64,000 bases of DNA from Octopus vulgaris. Taxonomy: Eukaryota. How positions within the stretch are numbered: position 1 is the stretch's first letter; every line of letters begins with the position of its first letter. A program made the position numbers and the translations under genes. The stretch covers positions 9,052,001 to 9,116,000 of the forward strand of contig OX597830.1 of NCBI GenBank assembly GCA_951406725.2. Reading direction: 5' to 3'. Shown here piece after piece: positions 27,552 through 41,659 of the stretch. Below the pieces are notes generated by a model that saw nothing but the letters and a program-made list of their open reading frames with translations, was not told the DNA's origin and did no database searches.

Positions 27552-29470
27552 CTCCCTACTTGCAAGTTGCTTCATCTCTTCATGTTTCGTGTTTCATCTG
27601 CCTTCAGTGGCCCCAAATATTTATATCACTGTCCTTCCTCAACTGATTTCGTTGTTTTCCCACTTCATTCCCTAACTTCCTTCAAATGTTCTTCGTTTCA
27701 TTATCAATGTAGCATACTTTTATATCCGAAATCCCATTCCTACATCATTTAAGAAAATACGAACTGTAGTCTTATATTTGTTTCACACATTTGACTGTGG
27801 TCATGTTGGAGCACCGCCTTTAATCGAACAAGTCGACCTCAGGACTTATTCTTTGCAAGCCTAGTACTTATTCTGTCTGTCACTTGTGTCGAACCGCTAA
27901 GTTCCAGGGACGTAAACACACCAATATCGGTTGTCAAGCGATGGTGGGGGGAACACACACACACACACACACACATACGACGGGCTTCTTTCAGTTTCCG
28001 TCTACCAAATCCACTCACAAGGCTTTGGTCGACCTGAGGCTGTAGTAGAAGACACTTGCCCAAGGTGCCAGGTAGTGGGACAGAACCCGGAACCATGTGG
28101 TTGGTAAGCAAGCGACTTACCGCACAGCCACGCCTGCGCCTATATGCAATACTTTCAAACAGCTTCTCTTCTTTAGTAAAAAGCTTTATATCAGTCATAA
28201 AAAATAAATGACTTATTTAACCATGATGCTTTCCCAAATCACAAGCGATTCTAACTTCTCGTATTATCAAACGGAATGGTATTATGGCCAATATAAATCA
28301 AAATGAAGCTATCACCTTGGAATGTGCCACTTATTTATTTACTACCCACAAGGGGCTAAACATAGAGAGGACAAACAAGGACAGACAAACGGATTAAGTC
28401 GATTACATCGACCCCAGTGCGTAACTCGTACTTAATTTATCGACCCCGAAAGGATGAAAGGCAAAGTCGACCTTGGCGGAATTTAAACTCAGAATGTAAC
28501 GGCAGACGAAATACCGCTAAGCATTTTGCTCGGCGTGCTAACGATTCTGCCAGCTCGCCGCCTTATGGATGTTCACTTTCCCACGTCTTTTGTTTTCTTC
28601 CAATCAGTTCAGTATTCCAATGTTTCATACTTTCATTAGCCATTCTCTCCACATTTTCTCCCATTCCAAACATGCTCATTGTTTTAGCTATCCAACTGCG
28701 TGGTGCCATGTCATATGCTTTCCTGTAATCCAATCATGTTACATTCAATTCCGTCAATCTGCATTTGCACTTTCTAATTGATACTTTATCGATTAGCGGC
28801 CTAGTCTTTAGTTATCCTACTTTGCTTCCGACATCCTTTCTGTTCCACTGGAAGTAAATCGTGAATTCCTAAATGGTTATATAACTCATCCGCCGAGATA
28901 CCGCTCACAAGCTTCCACAGAAATGGGTCGAAAATCTGACACCAATTTATCTTTCAAGGGACCCTTACGACACAGCGATGCTCATCCACTTTTCAACCAA
29001 GTAGGTTATTCCTGCTGCAGGTATTCATCAAGGTATGCCGCGATCCTTTCATGCAACTGTAAAAATTCTTCAACCAATAACTATTTTTCCCCCTCAACTT
29101 CAGTCTCACTGAATACAGATAAATTCTGATGTCCTTTTGTTTCGGCACATTACCTAGATGTCTTTCCACCTATGTTTGCCACTCTGCGCTTTCGTTATGT
29201 CTCACTGGCCTGTTTCAAAGGTCAACCCAAAACGCTATGCTTGCTTCTTCAACAGGGATCACTTCCTGTTGTTATCTCCCTCCCTATTTCCCCAAAGAGC
29301 TGTCTTCTATTCGATTAAAACAATCTGTTCTGTTCAACATCCCTGCATCTAGCATCATATCTTTTCAATTTGCCCTTTGTGCTGTTTGCTTTCCTCTCTC
29401 TTCTTACATCTTCTGTCCATTCTATTTCCTGAATATTACCCCATTACTGAGTTCCACTGCTCTCTACCAG
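27552..29470 (-). pseudogene. Old R4/Dong-type non-LTR retrotransposon RT remnant, split by later SINEs
   Basis: Minus-strand motifs in order: WKLVSGISADELYNHL, LLPVEQKGCRK, LDYRKAYD, FQGDS, ISHLFFMTDIKL (degenerate YMDD), YKYLG. Confidence 0.7.
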
Positions 29471-29581
29471 TTGGGCAAAACGGTCGGTGGAAATTCTGTT
29501 CTACGGTAACAATATATAAAAATCTAGTGGTGGATAAGTGCGATGACGTTCTCGGGAGAAATGTTGACGTCGTCATCGCTA

Positions 29582-30046
<465 letters not shown>

Positions 30047-30086
30047 CAAGGTAAAAAATGCTGAAATAATTTTATAAAAAACATTT

Positions 30087-30122
30087 CAGTACCGGTTTCA
30101 GTCATTGAGACTTTTTCGACTG
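30087..30122 (-). ncRNA. Minimal hammerhead-like motif in a (TA)n-flanked element (~30043-30270)
   Basis: CAG-TCGAAAA-AGTC/GACT-GAAAC-CG-GTA-CTG, with palindromic stem III ACCGGT. Confidence 0.55.
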
Positions 30123-30261
30123 TAAGTATGGAAAACAATTAAATTCTGGAAAAATTTTAAAGTTTTTTGAAAGAATATTCGCATAGTGTTCGAATACAAG
30201 TGGCATTTTCCTTGTTTCTGCCTGTTTCTGTCTCTCTTATTTACTCTTGTGGGTTCAAGGT

Positions 30262-30292
<31 letters not shown>

Positions 30293-30557
30293 GAAAGAAC
30301 TACATGAAGCTGACTTATTGCTATAGCAACACAAGTCTGCGCACATCACTTTCCTCATTCCTCCTTCATCCCCCACTCCATATCTTAGCAGCAATCTTTT
30401 GCATCCCTCGCTTTTCCACATTTCTTGAAGAAGTGGTCAAAGCTCCAGAATATAGCCCCAAAAGATAAAGTTACAACTTCGTTTTGTCTTGTTTTCTTTT
30501 TGTAATTTACTTTATATCTTCTCGCATTGTTCCCACGTTACCCAAGTCTCTTTTAAC

Positions 30558-30597
<40 letters not shown>

Positions 30598-30616
30598 ACA
30601 CACACACACTCACACA

Positions 30617-31160
30617 ACGATTGCTCTTTCTTGTCAGAAGAGCGCCAACCTTTCACTGAATCTTGCACACGACTATATGCACGCAGGTGGATCTTCTGCC
30701 TGGTTTGCATCTTGCAAGCACGTTGACAGGCGTAACACTTGATCTGTCTGTCTCCTGCAATCCCTGGCTAAGTTGTAACCCCACTTATTTCACCATGCCT
30801 GGTCAAGCCGCCAGCTGACTTGCAAATTAAATCTCGTTCATTACAAATGTGTTGCGGAGGACGTGACGGTAGAGCCATAGTGCAAACTGGTTGATCTCTC
30901 CCTAGTTTATGAGAGTTCTACGTGGTTGACTAATCCAGCTTTTGAGAGAAGAAATCGTCCACACACATTGCGCTTCAATTCCTGTTAGATTTCTTCAGGC
31001 ACTGCACTCGAGTCTTGCTTACGGAACGAACGCTTCAGAATGGCGAGCTCTATTCGCTTTTGCTCAAAGATATCACATCTATTCTTGACAATCTTTCTCC
31101 ACGATGCACAGTTTTCAGCCAAAGCCTACCAGTTATCCGCATCTATATTACGCTTAACGG
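30617..31160 (-). mobile_element. RTE-clade LINE 3' fragment
   Basis: Minus NW*ALAENCASWRKIVK..VCGRFLLSKAGLVNH, an RTE C-terminus with a degenerate C2H2 finger, ending in (TG)n. Confidence 0.6.
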
Positions 31161-31225
31161 AGCGTAAAACAGAGCAGAAAAAAAATTTATGGCCTTATCA
31201 AACACGCACGCACGCATCCGTACGC

Positions 31226-31267
<42 letters not shown>

Positions 31268-31292
31268 GTATGTGTGCGTTTGCGTGTGTATG

Positions 31293-31374
<82 letters not shown>

Positions 31375-31497
31375 GAGAGATACACAAGGTTGTGCACATA
31401 CACACACATGTGCACATACACACACACAATCTATATTTAAGCACTGAGTTCTGTAATTTATCACTTTTTGGTGAAACAACAGAAATTAATGTGCGTA

Positions 31498-31532
<35 letters not shown>

Positions 31533-32443
31533 TCGCGCGTATGTGTGTATGTATGTGTATAAAAACACACACAAGCAGAAAACACATTGTTCGCCAAACG
31601 ATCAGTGAATCGGCCACAGGAATTTAAACGAACGATTGTGAAACATATAACAAATTGATGGAAGTACAAACAAGACATTACAGAGAATGAATGCCAGCGA
31701 TTAATGGCCGCCAGAAGATGACTATTTCAAACAAACAGACGACATTTAATATTTGTTAGCATATAAAGATCTGAGCTATCAGACAACAGGTATGTATGTA
31801 CTTAGATCAAAGTAGGCGTTTTCTTAGAAGCAGCCACTGTTGCTAAGACTCTAAGACTGCTCAGAATTGAAAACTAATCGATCAAATGAACATTCTTTGA
31901 TGTTCTATATTAATTACCATTATGGCAATCGTATTTTATCGATTGTCTGGGAAAGCTTCAAGTGTTTAATATGGATGTATATAATGCATACATGTTTATG
32001 TTTATATATTGCATACGTGTTTGTGTTTGTGTGTGTGTGTATTCAAACACAGTCACGCATATATACACACATTCATACGCACACGCGCATACATGCATGT
32101 TTGTGTATGAGTATGAATTTTTGTGAATATATATGTGTATGTATATATATACACACACACATAAATATAAAATATATACGTATATATACGCATACATTAA
32201 TATAACATCGGAAACTAAATGGACTGGTTAAACTTGTGTCTATCACTATTTGATTATGTATGTATGTATGTATGTATGTATGTATGTATGTATGTATGTA
32301 TGTGCACACATAAACCTATAAATGTTAAAAATTAATAAATACATAATATTAAAAATAAATATTAATATTATATATATGTACACATAATTTTGTGTATGTA
32401 TGTATGTATGTATGAATGTATGTATGTATATTATATATATATC

Positions 32444-32816
32444 TCTCTATATATAAACGGCAGTTTGTCTGTGCGTGTTTCTGTGTGTCTGTTTTCTCGT
32501 ACCCTCACCCTGACCACGGCTTTCAACCGATTCTGATGAAACTTGACACACACATAGCCCAATGTCATAATTAAACTAACGCAGCGAAAATTTTGAAAAG
32601 TTAACCCCAGTTCTGAAAAATCGATAAATTCGACATGGGGTCGAGAATCAGAAACACAAACCACAGACTGTCTAGGGGACGCAACTCAACTTTTTTACTC
32701 TCAAAAAAAATTTACACATAATTTTGTGTATTCCATTTTTTTGCTATTTTTGGCTATAACTCTCTAAAAATGCTTTATAGTTATTTCCACAAATGAGCAA
32801 CGCGGCGATACTGCTA
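32444..32816 (+). mobile_element. Non-autonomous Helitron-like element
   Basis: Starts TCTATATATAAA..GTTTGTCTGTG. Ends GAGCAACGCGGCGATACTGCTA, a degenerate hairpin plus CTA(G). Confidence 0.5.
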
Positions 32817-33000
32817 TATATATATATATATACACACGCAGGAGTGGCTGTATGGTAAGTAGCTAGGCTCAGGAGTGGTTGTGTGGTAAGTAGTTTGCTT
32901 ACCAACGACATAGTTCTGGGCAAGTGTCTTCTACAATAGCCTCGGTCTGTCCGAAGCCCTTCGAGTGGATTTGGCTGACGGAAACTGAAAGAAGCCCGTC

Positions 33001-33034
<34 letters not shown>

Positions 33035-33423
33035 GCTCCCTCAACCTGCTGCTGTCACGTGACCAGGGTCCAGTTCCCTCTTTTCTTCCTTTCTTACACT
33101 GGTCCCGTAGTTGACCAGTCGCAAATTCTCTGTTTCCGTTCTCCATCCTTCAAAACATTTTCGTTTGTTCATACATTTTCCATTTATATATATATTTCTT
33201 TACTACCCACAAGGGGCTAAACATAGAGGGGACAAACAAGGACAGACAAAGGGGTTAAGTCGATTACATCGACCCCAGTGCGTAACTGGTACTTAATTTA
33301 TCGACCCCGAAAGGATGAAAGGCAATGTCGACCTTGGCGGAATTTGAACTCGGAACGTAACGACAGACGAAATACGGCTATGCATTTCGCCCGGCGTGCT
33401 AACGATTCTACCAGCTCGCCGCC

Positions 33424-33491
<68 letters not shown>

Positions 33492-33495
<4 letters not shown>

Positions 33496-33740
33496 GAAAT
33501 GAAGAAAATGCTGACAAATAATTGAAGTAATTTAAGTAATTTAATTAGGTGAAAGTTCTTTTTACCGGTTGCGCATTTGTTATGCTTATCAAAATATATA
33601 TCATATATTTTGATAAGCATAACAAATGCGCAACCGGTAAAAAGAACTTTCACCTAATTAAATTACTTAAATTACTTCAATTATTTGTCAGCATTTTCTT
33701 CATTTCCTTTTATATATCACCACTCGTGTTCGACATCTCC

Positions 33741-33745
<5 letters not shown>
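33492..33745. mobile_element. Perfect 108-bp-arm palindrome in (TA)n with a hammerhead-like motif in each arm (PLE-type foldback)
   Basis: 33492-33599 is the exact reverse complement of 33603-33710, with a 3-nt loop. The arm contains TTGATAA-GCAT/ATGC-GCAA-CCGG-TA. A ~35 nt extension follows the right arm only. Both flanks are (TA)n. Confidence 0.7.
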
Positions 33746-33806
<61 letters not shown>

Positions 33807-33809
33807 ATG

Positions 33810-34330
33810 CTAGTAGCTAAGCTCGGTTTCACCCGGTTGGTTTGGATGATGTGTCTGTAAAACCTGTTCTGTGTAAGCATTCGATTTGTTTGGGCACGCT
33901 TACGTTAAAAAGCAATTTTAGAATGACTTTTTTTTCTGTCGAAACGCTAAAAATAACTGACCCCCACCCCGTAAGAAAACCAACCAAGATGCAAATAAAT
34001 AAAAAAAAAATAAACCCAAATACTAAGCGAACAAAGATGCAAAACAACAGAAACAAACATAAAAAATAAAACAAAAAATACTACCACGTATGACATCACC
34101 CCTTCGTTCCTTATTCATCTATCACCCCTTCCTTTCTCATTCATAAAAACAAGAGTATTATTTTAGTAGATTACCTCGGTAACCATGGGAACTATGAAAA
34201 AGTACAAAGCTCAGCAATACCACCGGATCATTCTACACATCTGTGTAATTTTTCACGCAATTCCCCCCAGCCGTTTGACCGTGAATCCCAAGACAAGAAA
34301 GAATCGACCATGTCAAATTTATATATATAT
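33810..34330 (-). mobile_element. Non-autonomous Helitron-like element
   Basis: Minus-strand 3' end CCGGGTGAAACCGAG hairpin then CTAG at ~33810; the other end merges into TATATA. No ORF. Confidence 0.5.
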
Positions 34331-34400
34331 ATATAAATATATATATGGATGTGTGTGTGTGTGTATGTATGTATATATGTATGTATGTGTGTATGATATA

Positions 34401-35780
34401 CTAGCAGATATACCCGGCGTTGCCCGTGTTAAAGAAAATAATGAAATTTAAGTATGTCTTAAGGATTATGCAGTTCTGAACAGTTATTAGCTGAGGTACC
34501 AACTGTATATGTGAATAACATGTTTTATCCGATGATCTCACTATTAAAATTGTTAAAAAAGCAGGTAGTTCTTTGTCTTTGCAATCACCTCCAATTGTCA
34601 GTACTTATTTGAAACATGTTGAACCTGAAAATGTATAAATTTGCGAAGAATCCCCCCCCCCCGGGCGCTCCTCTCTTATTAATTATGTGGGCATGCAGCT
34701 GGCCTCGTTTCTGCCATTCACCTGTGTACATGTGGCTAATAGTTTCCCTAAAGATGTGATGTTTGGTAATAAGTGCTAACGTCTTTAACAGCTTTTGCCG
34801 AAAAACACATTCCAAAAGGTCGTGTCTATAGTGAGAACGTTGTCCTGGTAGCAGCAGGGCCTTGATTTCATCCCACAGAGGGTTGCAAGTGAAGGTCACG
34901 AAAAGATCAGGCCGTCCTTATGTCCTGACATATGTCGTTGCATTTTGCTTTCTTTCGAGCATAAACCGAGGGCTTCCTGTGAATGTAGGTGGCAGAATAA
35001 CCAACTGCCCCATGTTGCTGACATCACAATCCGCTGCAATGGTATCGTGCAGGTGGACATGTGATTCCACATGTAGCTTTTTCTGGTGTTGTTGAATGAA
35101 AAGAAGACGCTAGCTCTCAACCTTTGCATTGACATCAACCAGGAATTGATAGAGGAGGTCACGGCACTGCAAAAGATGGCTTGGATTGGCAGGGCGGATC
35201 AACAGCATGTAAGCGTCCGTCTTGTTGGTGGGATCTACTTGTGAAATGTTAAAATGACATCCATCTTGCCCTTACCAGGGGATTAGTGGGTGTTGTAGAG
35301 CATCATAAGGCCGATGAGTTTCTGATACGCGAGTCAGCTTGGAATCTCGCTGATGAATGATGATGTCTCGGCGATCGCGTGGTTCACCGACCAGGAGACT
35401 GGCCACGTCTTTCGCAGTTGTTGCATTGAAACGACGTTCATGCTCACCTACTGGTCTCTTATCTGACCTAACCTCATCGTCCATTTGGACGTGGCAGTTC
35501 CGTTGCTGTCTTGAAGTTTCATTGCTGTCTTGGAGCATTACTTGCAAAGCTATCTCAGTGTTTCTGTCAAGGTTTTCACAGTTTTGACATCGTCTGTCAC
35601 ATTTCTGCTGTGAATCTGTCATGAAGTAAATCTGAAGGAACTTGGCAGGCTCGTTAGGCCGGAACACGAGACATCCCATGAGGTTATATACTTGTCCTTG
35701 CACTTTAAAAGTAGGCATAAATTCAGGCTCTACAGCTTCCTTACTTGCTCCAAATGAGGTAATTTGGAAGGCTGGGTTGT
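34401..35780 (-). mobile_element. Helitron remnant: frameshifted Rep/helicase fragment plus 3' terminus
   Basis: ORFs 35272-35718 (PTFKVQGQVY, FLQIYF, GEHERRFN, SETHRPYDALQHPL) and 34585-34899 (TFTCNP, EWQKRG.LHAH, the HUH Rep motif). The minus-strand 3' end is a CGGGCAACGCCGG hairpin followed by CTAG|T at 34401. Confidence 0.9.
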
Positions 35781-35986
35781 ACCGGTATTTATTTTATCGA
35801 CCAAGGCGGCGAGCTGGCAGAATCGATAGCGCACTGGACGAAATGCTTAGAGGTATTTCCCAACCACATGGTTCCGGGTTCAGTCCCACTGCGTGGCATC
35901 TTGCGCAAGTGTCTTCAACTATAGCCTCAGGCCGACCAATGCCTTGTGAGTGGATTTGGTAGACGGAAACTGAAAGAAGCCCGTCG

Positions 35987-36032
<46 letters not shown>

Positions 36033-37056
36033 TGTGTTGGTCTCTCCACCATCGCTTGACAACCGATGTTGGTGTGTTTACGTTCCCGTAACTTAGCAGT
36101 TCGCCAAAATAGACCGATAGAACAAGTAGTAGGCTTGCAAAGAATAAGTCCTGGGGTCGATTAGTTCGACTAAAGGCGGTGCTCCAGCATGGCCGCAGTT
36201 AAATGACTGAAACAAGTAAAAGAGTAAAAGAGGATAACAAATCTAACAGAAATATTTGGGTCAAAAAATGAAAACTCAGGTACAGTCAGAGATCAGCTGT
36301 CCGGTAGAATATGGCCATCTGACCATTCCTTCTAAAAATTACCGAAAACAATTATATTTTAGGTCAACTGCTTGGAAACTTACAATTATTCTACTCAAAT
36401 TATTAATTCACTTTTATGTCCTTATAAAGTATTTTAGTTATCATCTGCTAAATCTTGGATTTTGAGAAGAAAAAAAAAAGGATCGCTATTAATTTGTATC
36501 ATATATACGTATGTGAATTTGTAAGTGGAAGAGTGAATGTATGTAAGACTTTTCTGAAATACAACATGTAACATTTTTTACTGTTTATAATCTAAATTGG
36601 TTGAAGGCGGTTGACTTTCTAAGAAGCCAGCTTCTTCTTCATAAGAAGAATTTGAAGAATTAAGAAATTAAAAAATAAAAATATCCATATGTATGTGTGA
36701 GTCGGTAGACGTACGTTTGTTTGTTTGTGTGTGAGTGTGTGTAGGTATGTATGTATGTAAGCATTTATCTATGTATGTATATATGTGTATGCGTGTATAT
36801 AAAAACGTGTGTGCTGTGCGTATATATATATATATATATATGTATATATTTATATTATATATATACACATATATGTATGTGTATATATATATATATTTGT
36901 GTATATATATATATGCGTGTATATATATATATATACATACATACATACATATATATGCATAAACATACATATATATATGTATATATATATATATGCATAA
37001 AGTAGCACACACAACAACACGCATGCACACGTGTCTCTGTGTGTGTATGTATATAC

Positions 37057-37090
<34 letters not shown>

Positions 37091-37263
37091 ACATCTATAC
37101 AAATACATATACATACACAAATGTGTGTGCATGTAGTGGCGCGTATGTCTGTGTGTGTGTGTGTGTAGAGACGACATGGCATTTGAAAAAGCTGTTTAGC
37201 GGTTAATTGTTATTACATTGAAATCGCTACAATCTCTACCTTGTTGACAGAACAAACAACGCA

Positions 37264-37341
<78 letters not shown>

Positions 37342-37897
37342 CATGCACGTACACACGGAATATGTCAGGATGTCGAATACTCAGCCAGTCAATTGTTATT
37401 CCATCAACACATTCTACATAACCAGAGCAGCAGAAACAGATGTTGGAACCGTGGTATTTGGGTGGTGGGGAGGTAGGTGGTCCGCTAACTAACTGGTCTC
37501 ATACATCTAGACACACACACACACACACATATTTACACACGTAAATACACACATACATAAACATCTATATATGCATACATACATAGCGCATCACACACGT
37601 ACATAAATATATAGACATATACGTACATGAACCTGCATACACATACTTATACATACAAAGAAACACACACACACACACACACACATACATACATACATAC
37701 ACATATAAACCATTTCTTTTAGATTATCCCAAAGGTAAAAAAATATATATATCGCGTGCGGTTCAATTTAAAAGTAATGCGACATCGTACATACATGTAT
37801 GCTTACATACACACATACACTCGTGCGTACTTACATATATGCATACATACATTCTGAGATGCCTAGATACATACATAGATGCACACATACGTACGTA

Positions 37898-38345
37898 CGA
37901 AGATCAGTGAAAAAGAGAACACCTACGCTGAACTATTGAGAAACCCGCAGTTACTCTATCCAGATTACAAGTTCAGGTTTGTACCTGTAATTATTGGGGC
38001 CCTGGGATATGTAACACGCTGCCTAAATACCAATCTTGAGAAATTAAGCTTCTCAAAACCAGAAAGGAGAAAGCTAATTCGAAGACTACAGATCCAATCC
38101 ATCACTGGAACTGTAAAAATCTGTAAAACTTTCCAGAAGTTTATCGTTTAAATATATATATGAGCTTATCTACATATGTAAATATATGCATGAGAATGCA
38201 TACATAAAACATACAACTCTGCATATACATACATACATACATACATACATACATACAAACAAAAATGCCCTGTTGTTGATGTTAAAATTCCAATGAAGGT
38301 TAGAAACTGGTTCTTTCTCTATTGACAAGAAATCTTGAAACTGAA
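37898..38345 (+). mobile_element. 3' end of a REL-endonuclease LINE (R4/Dong-like) inserted in (TACA)n; related fragment ~39330-39510
   Basis: KISEKENTYAEL..FVPVIIGALG..SITGTVKICKTF followed by a 3' UTR. The second copy reads TVKICKTFLKF. Confidence 0.7.
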
Positions 38346-38349
38346 CAAT

Positions 38350-39222
38350 GACATACATACATACATACATGCATGCATACATACGTACATATAAACATAC
38401 ATACATACATACATACATACATACGTACTTACATGCATACGTACGTACTTACATACATACATACGTACGTACGTACGTACGTACATACGTACGTACATAC
38501 ATACGTACGTACATACGTACGTACATACATACGTACGTACATACGTACGTACGTACATACATACGTACATACATACTTACGTACATACATACATACGTAC
38601 ATACATACGTACTTACATACGTACATACATACGTACTTACATACGTACTTACATACGTACTTACATACGTACTTACATACGTACTTACATACGTACTTAC
38701 ATACGTACTTACATACGTCCTTACATACGTACTTACATACGTACTTACATACGTACTTACATACATACATACATGCATACATACGTACTTACATACGTAC
38801 TTACATACGTACTTACATACGTACTTACATACGTACTTACATACGTACTTACATACGTACTTACATACGTACTTACATACGTACTTACATACGTACTTAC
38901 ATACGTACTTACATACGTACTTACATACATACATACATGCATACATACGTACTTACATACGTACTTACATACGTACTTACATACGTACTTACATACGTAC
39001 TTACATACGTACTTACATACGTACTTACATACATACGTACTTACATACATACATACATGCATGCATACATGTATGCATACATACATACATGCATGCATAC
39101 TTACATACATACATGCATGCATGCATACATACATACATACATGCATACATACATACATACATACATACTTACATACGTACTTACATACGTACTTACATAC
39201 GTACTTACATACATACATACGT
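38350..39222. repeat. (TACA)n-derived minisatellite with 12-bp unit ACATACGTACTT
   Basis: Visible tandem array; source of the HTYL/TYVL ORFs. Confidence 0.95.
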
Positions 39223-39693
39223 ATAGCTTTTATATCCAGATCATAAATTCACAATTATATCAATAATAATTCGTGCCTTCTGTTTTGTGAGTCAATACCT
39301 AAATGACATCCGGATGAGCTCGGATTTTCAAGAAAAAAAAAATCAACCAAGAAACTCGCTCCTTACAGATACAGTAAGTGTAACAGTAAAAATATGCAAG
39401 ACTTTTCTCAAGTTTAAAATGCGACATTGTTTTTGTTATCTAGATTCAAACGATGGGGATTTGTATCTTTGTTAGAAACTAGCTTCTTCAGAGGATGAAT
39501 TTAAATAATTAAAAACAGAAGGGAAACTATCTGCAAAGTTTCATACATGTACCTCGATACTGTGTGGGTTGCGATTCCTGTTGACAGGCCCTTGATATTT
39601 AATAAAGTGTTTAAACACAGTATCCAAGTTGGTAGCTATTGTATAAATAAACCGGCTGCTTGTTTCTCTGAGATTGGTCAAATTAATGTAGAC

Positions 39694-39736
39694 GCCTCTG
39701 ATGAGAATCCATTAAGATTCCAAAATCGATTAAGGC
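39694..39736 (+). ncRNA. Minimal hammerhead motif with a G12C change, in a PLE-like fragment (~39540-39830)
   Basis: GCCT-CTGATGA-GAATC/GATTC-CAAA-ATCGAT-TA-AGGC, with palindromic stem III ATCGAT. Confidence 0.6.
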
Positions 39737-40428
39737 TGTTCGTCATTTTTTACCAATCGACGGAGAAATAATTAGATATATTTTGTTTATATATCTACAT
39801 CTGATGTAGCCTTAATATATATTTTATTTATATATCTATTACATAGGTTACATATATAGATACGTACATACACTGACAGACAGACAAGAAGAGAAAGAGA
39901 AAACAGTGAAAAGGAAAGAGAACGATAGTGAGACAGACGGACGAAAATTAAGGCAGACAGACAAAAAAACCAAAGAGAAAACTAATTATAATCTGCAGAA
40001 TCAATCTTCTGTACAGTACGAAAATAAAAAAAGAAACAAAGAATCCTGAACATGGATATTGATAACTTAACAACTTGTGACATCTGATGTAGCCTTAAAT
40101 ACATTAAGAAATCTTCACAAAATATTATGCATAAATAATCCCAAGATCTTTTTACTCTTGCAAACATATCCGGTTTGTAATAGTGAGGAGCATTCAGGGT
40201 GCCACTGCATGAGTTACTCAGAAATAAAACAAACATGTTATAGGCATGGGTGTGTTTAATGTGGCTCGCTTTGCAACAAATTGGGTTGTGACACTTTAGG
40301 CAAGTGACTTCTACTATAGCCCTGTGTCGATGAATGACTAGTTAGTGAATTTGGTTCAAGGAAACTGTGTGGAAGCTCATCATGTAAATATATGTGTGCC
40401 TGCGCATTTGTGTGTGTATATACATACA

Positions 40429-40474
<46 letters not shown>

Positions 40475-40699
40475 TATATATTCTTTTATTCTTTAACTTG
40501 TTTCAGTCATTTGACAGCGGCCATGCCGGAGCACCGCTTTTAGTTGAACAAAACGCTCCCACGACTTATTCTTTGTAAGTCAAGTACTTATGCTATCGGT
40601 TTCTTTTGCCGAACTGCTAAGTTACGGGGACGTACACACACCAGCATCAGTTGTCAAGCGATGGTGTTGGCCAAACACAGACGCACGCACACATACACA

Positions 40700-40805
<106 letters not shown>

Positions 40806-40890
40806 TATATACATATATACATATATATACATATATATATATATACATATATATATACATATATATATATACATATATACATATATATAT

Positions 40891-40923
<33 letters not shown>

Positions 40924-40932
40924 TATATACAT

Positions 40933-40976
<44 letters not shown>

Positions 40977-40981
<5 letters not shown>

Positions 40982-41257
40982 ATTGCAGCGTGGAAGGTGT
41001 TTGTAAGCCATTTAAGAAACACACAAAAGCCGTTCGATTCACTTCAACATTTAAGTTTAATTTGTCAAAATATTTCGTCGCTACAAGACCGCGACCTGTT
41101 CACTGACAAAAATCTATGCTGCACGGATTTTTGTCAGTGAACAGGTCGCGGTCTTGTAGCGACGGAAATATTTTGACAAATTAAACTTAAATGTTGAAGT
41201 GAATCGAACGGCTTTTGTGTTTCTTAAATGGCTTACAAACACCTTCCACGCTGCAAT

Positions 41258-41262
<5 letters not shown>
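40977..41262. mobile_element. Near-perfect ~140-bp-arm palindrome in (TA)n with a hammerhead-like motif in each arm
   Basis: Arms differ by a 2-nt and a 1-nt indel, centre ~41120. Plus 41130-41180 reads TTTGTCA-GTGAACA-G-GTCGC/GCGAC-G-GAAA-TATT-TGACAAA. Confidence 0.7.
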
Positions 41263-41299
<37 letters not shown>

Positions 41300-41319
41300 C
41301 ACATACATACATACATACA

Positions 41320-41352
<33 letters not shown>

Positions 41353-41659
41353 TGATATCTCCAGGGAAGTGATATAGAAACGCTCATAGATATTTCATTA
41401 GAAGACATTGGCACAAAGTATTTTAAGCAGATTCCGGAACCTAAATGGTTCCTTCACTATAAGGAATTGATCCGCAGAATACAGCAGAATGTCGTCTGGG
41501 AGAGTATATTTAGAGAGTCTTCTGAAGAGAGTATTGCTATCCGGCAGAATCCTTTAGGAATATTATCTTTGCCCACTCACACACGTATGCACTGAAACAC
41601 GTACGAACTCACAGACATACACAGACTATCACACACGTAAAACTCACAGAAACATATAC

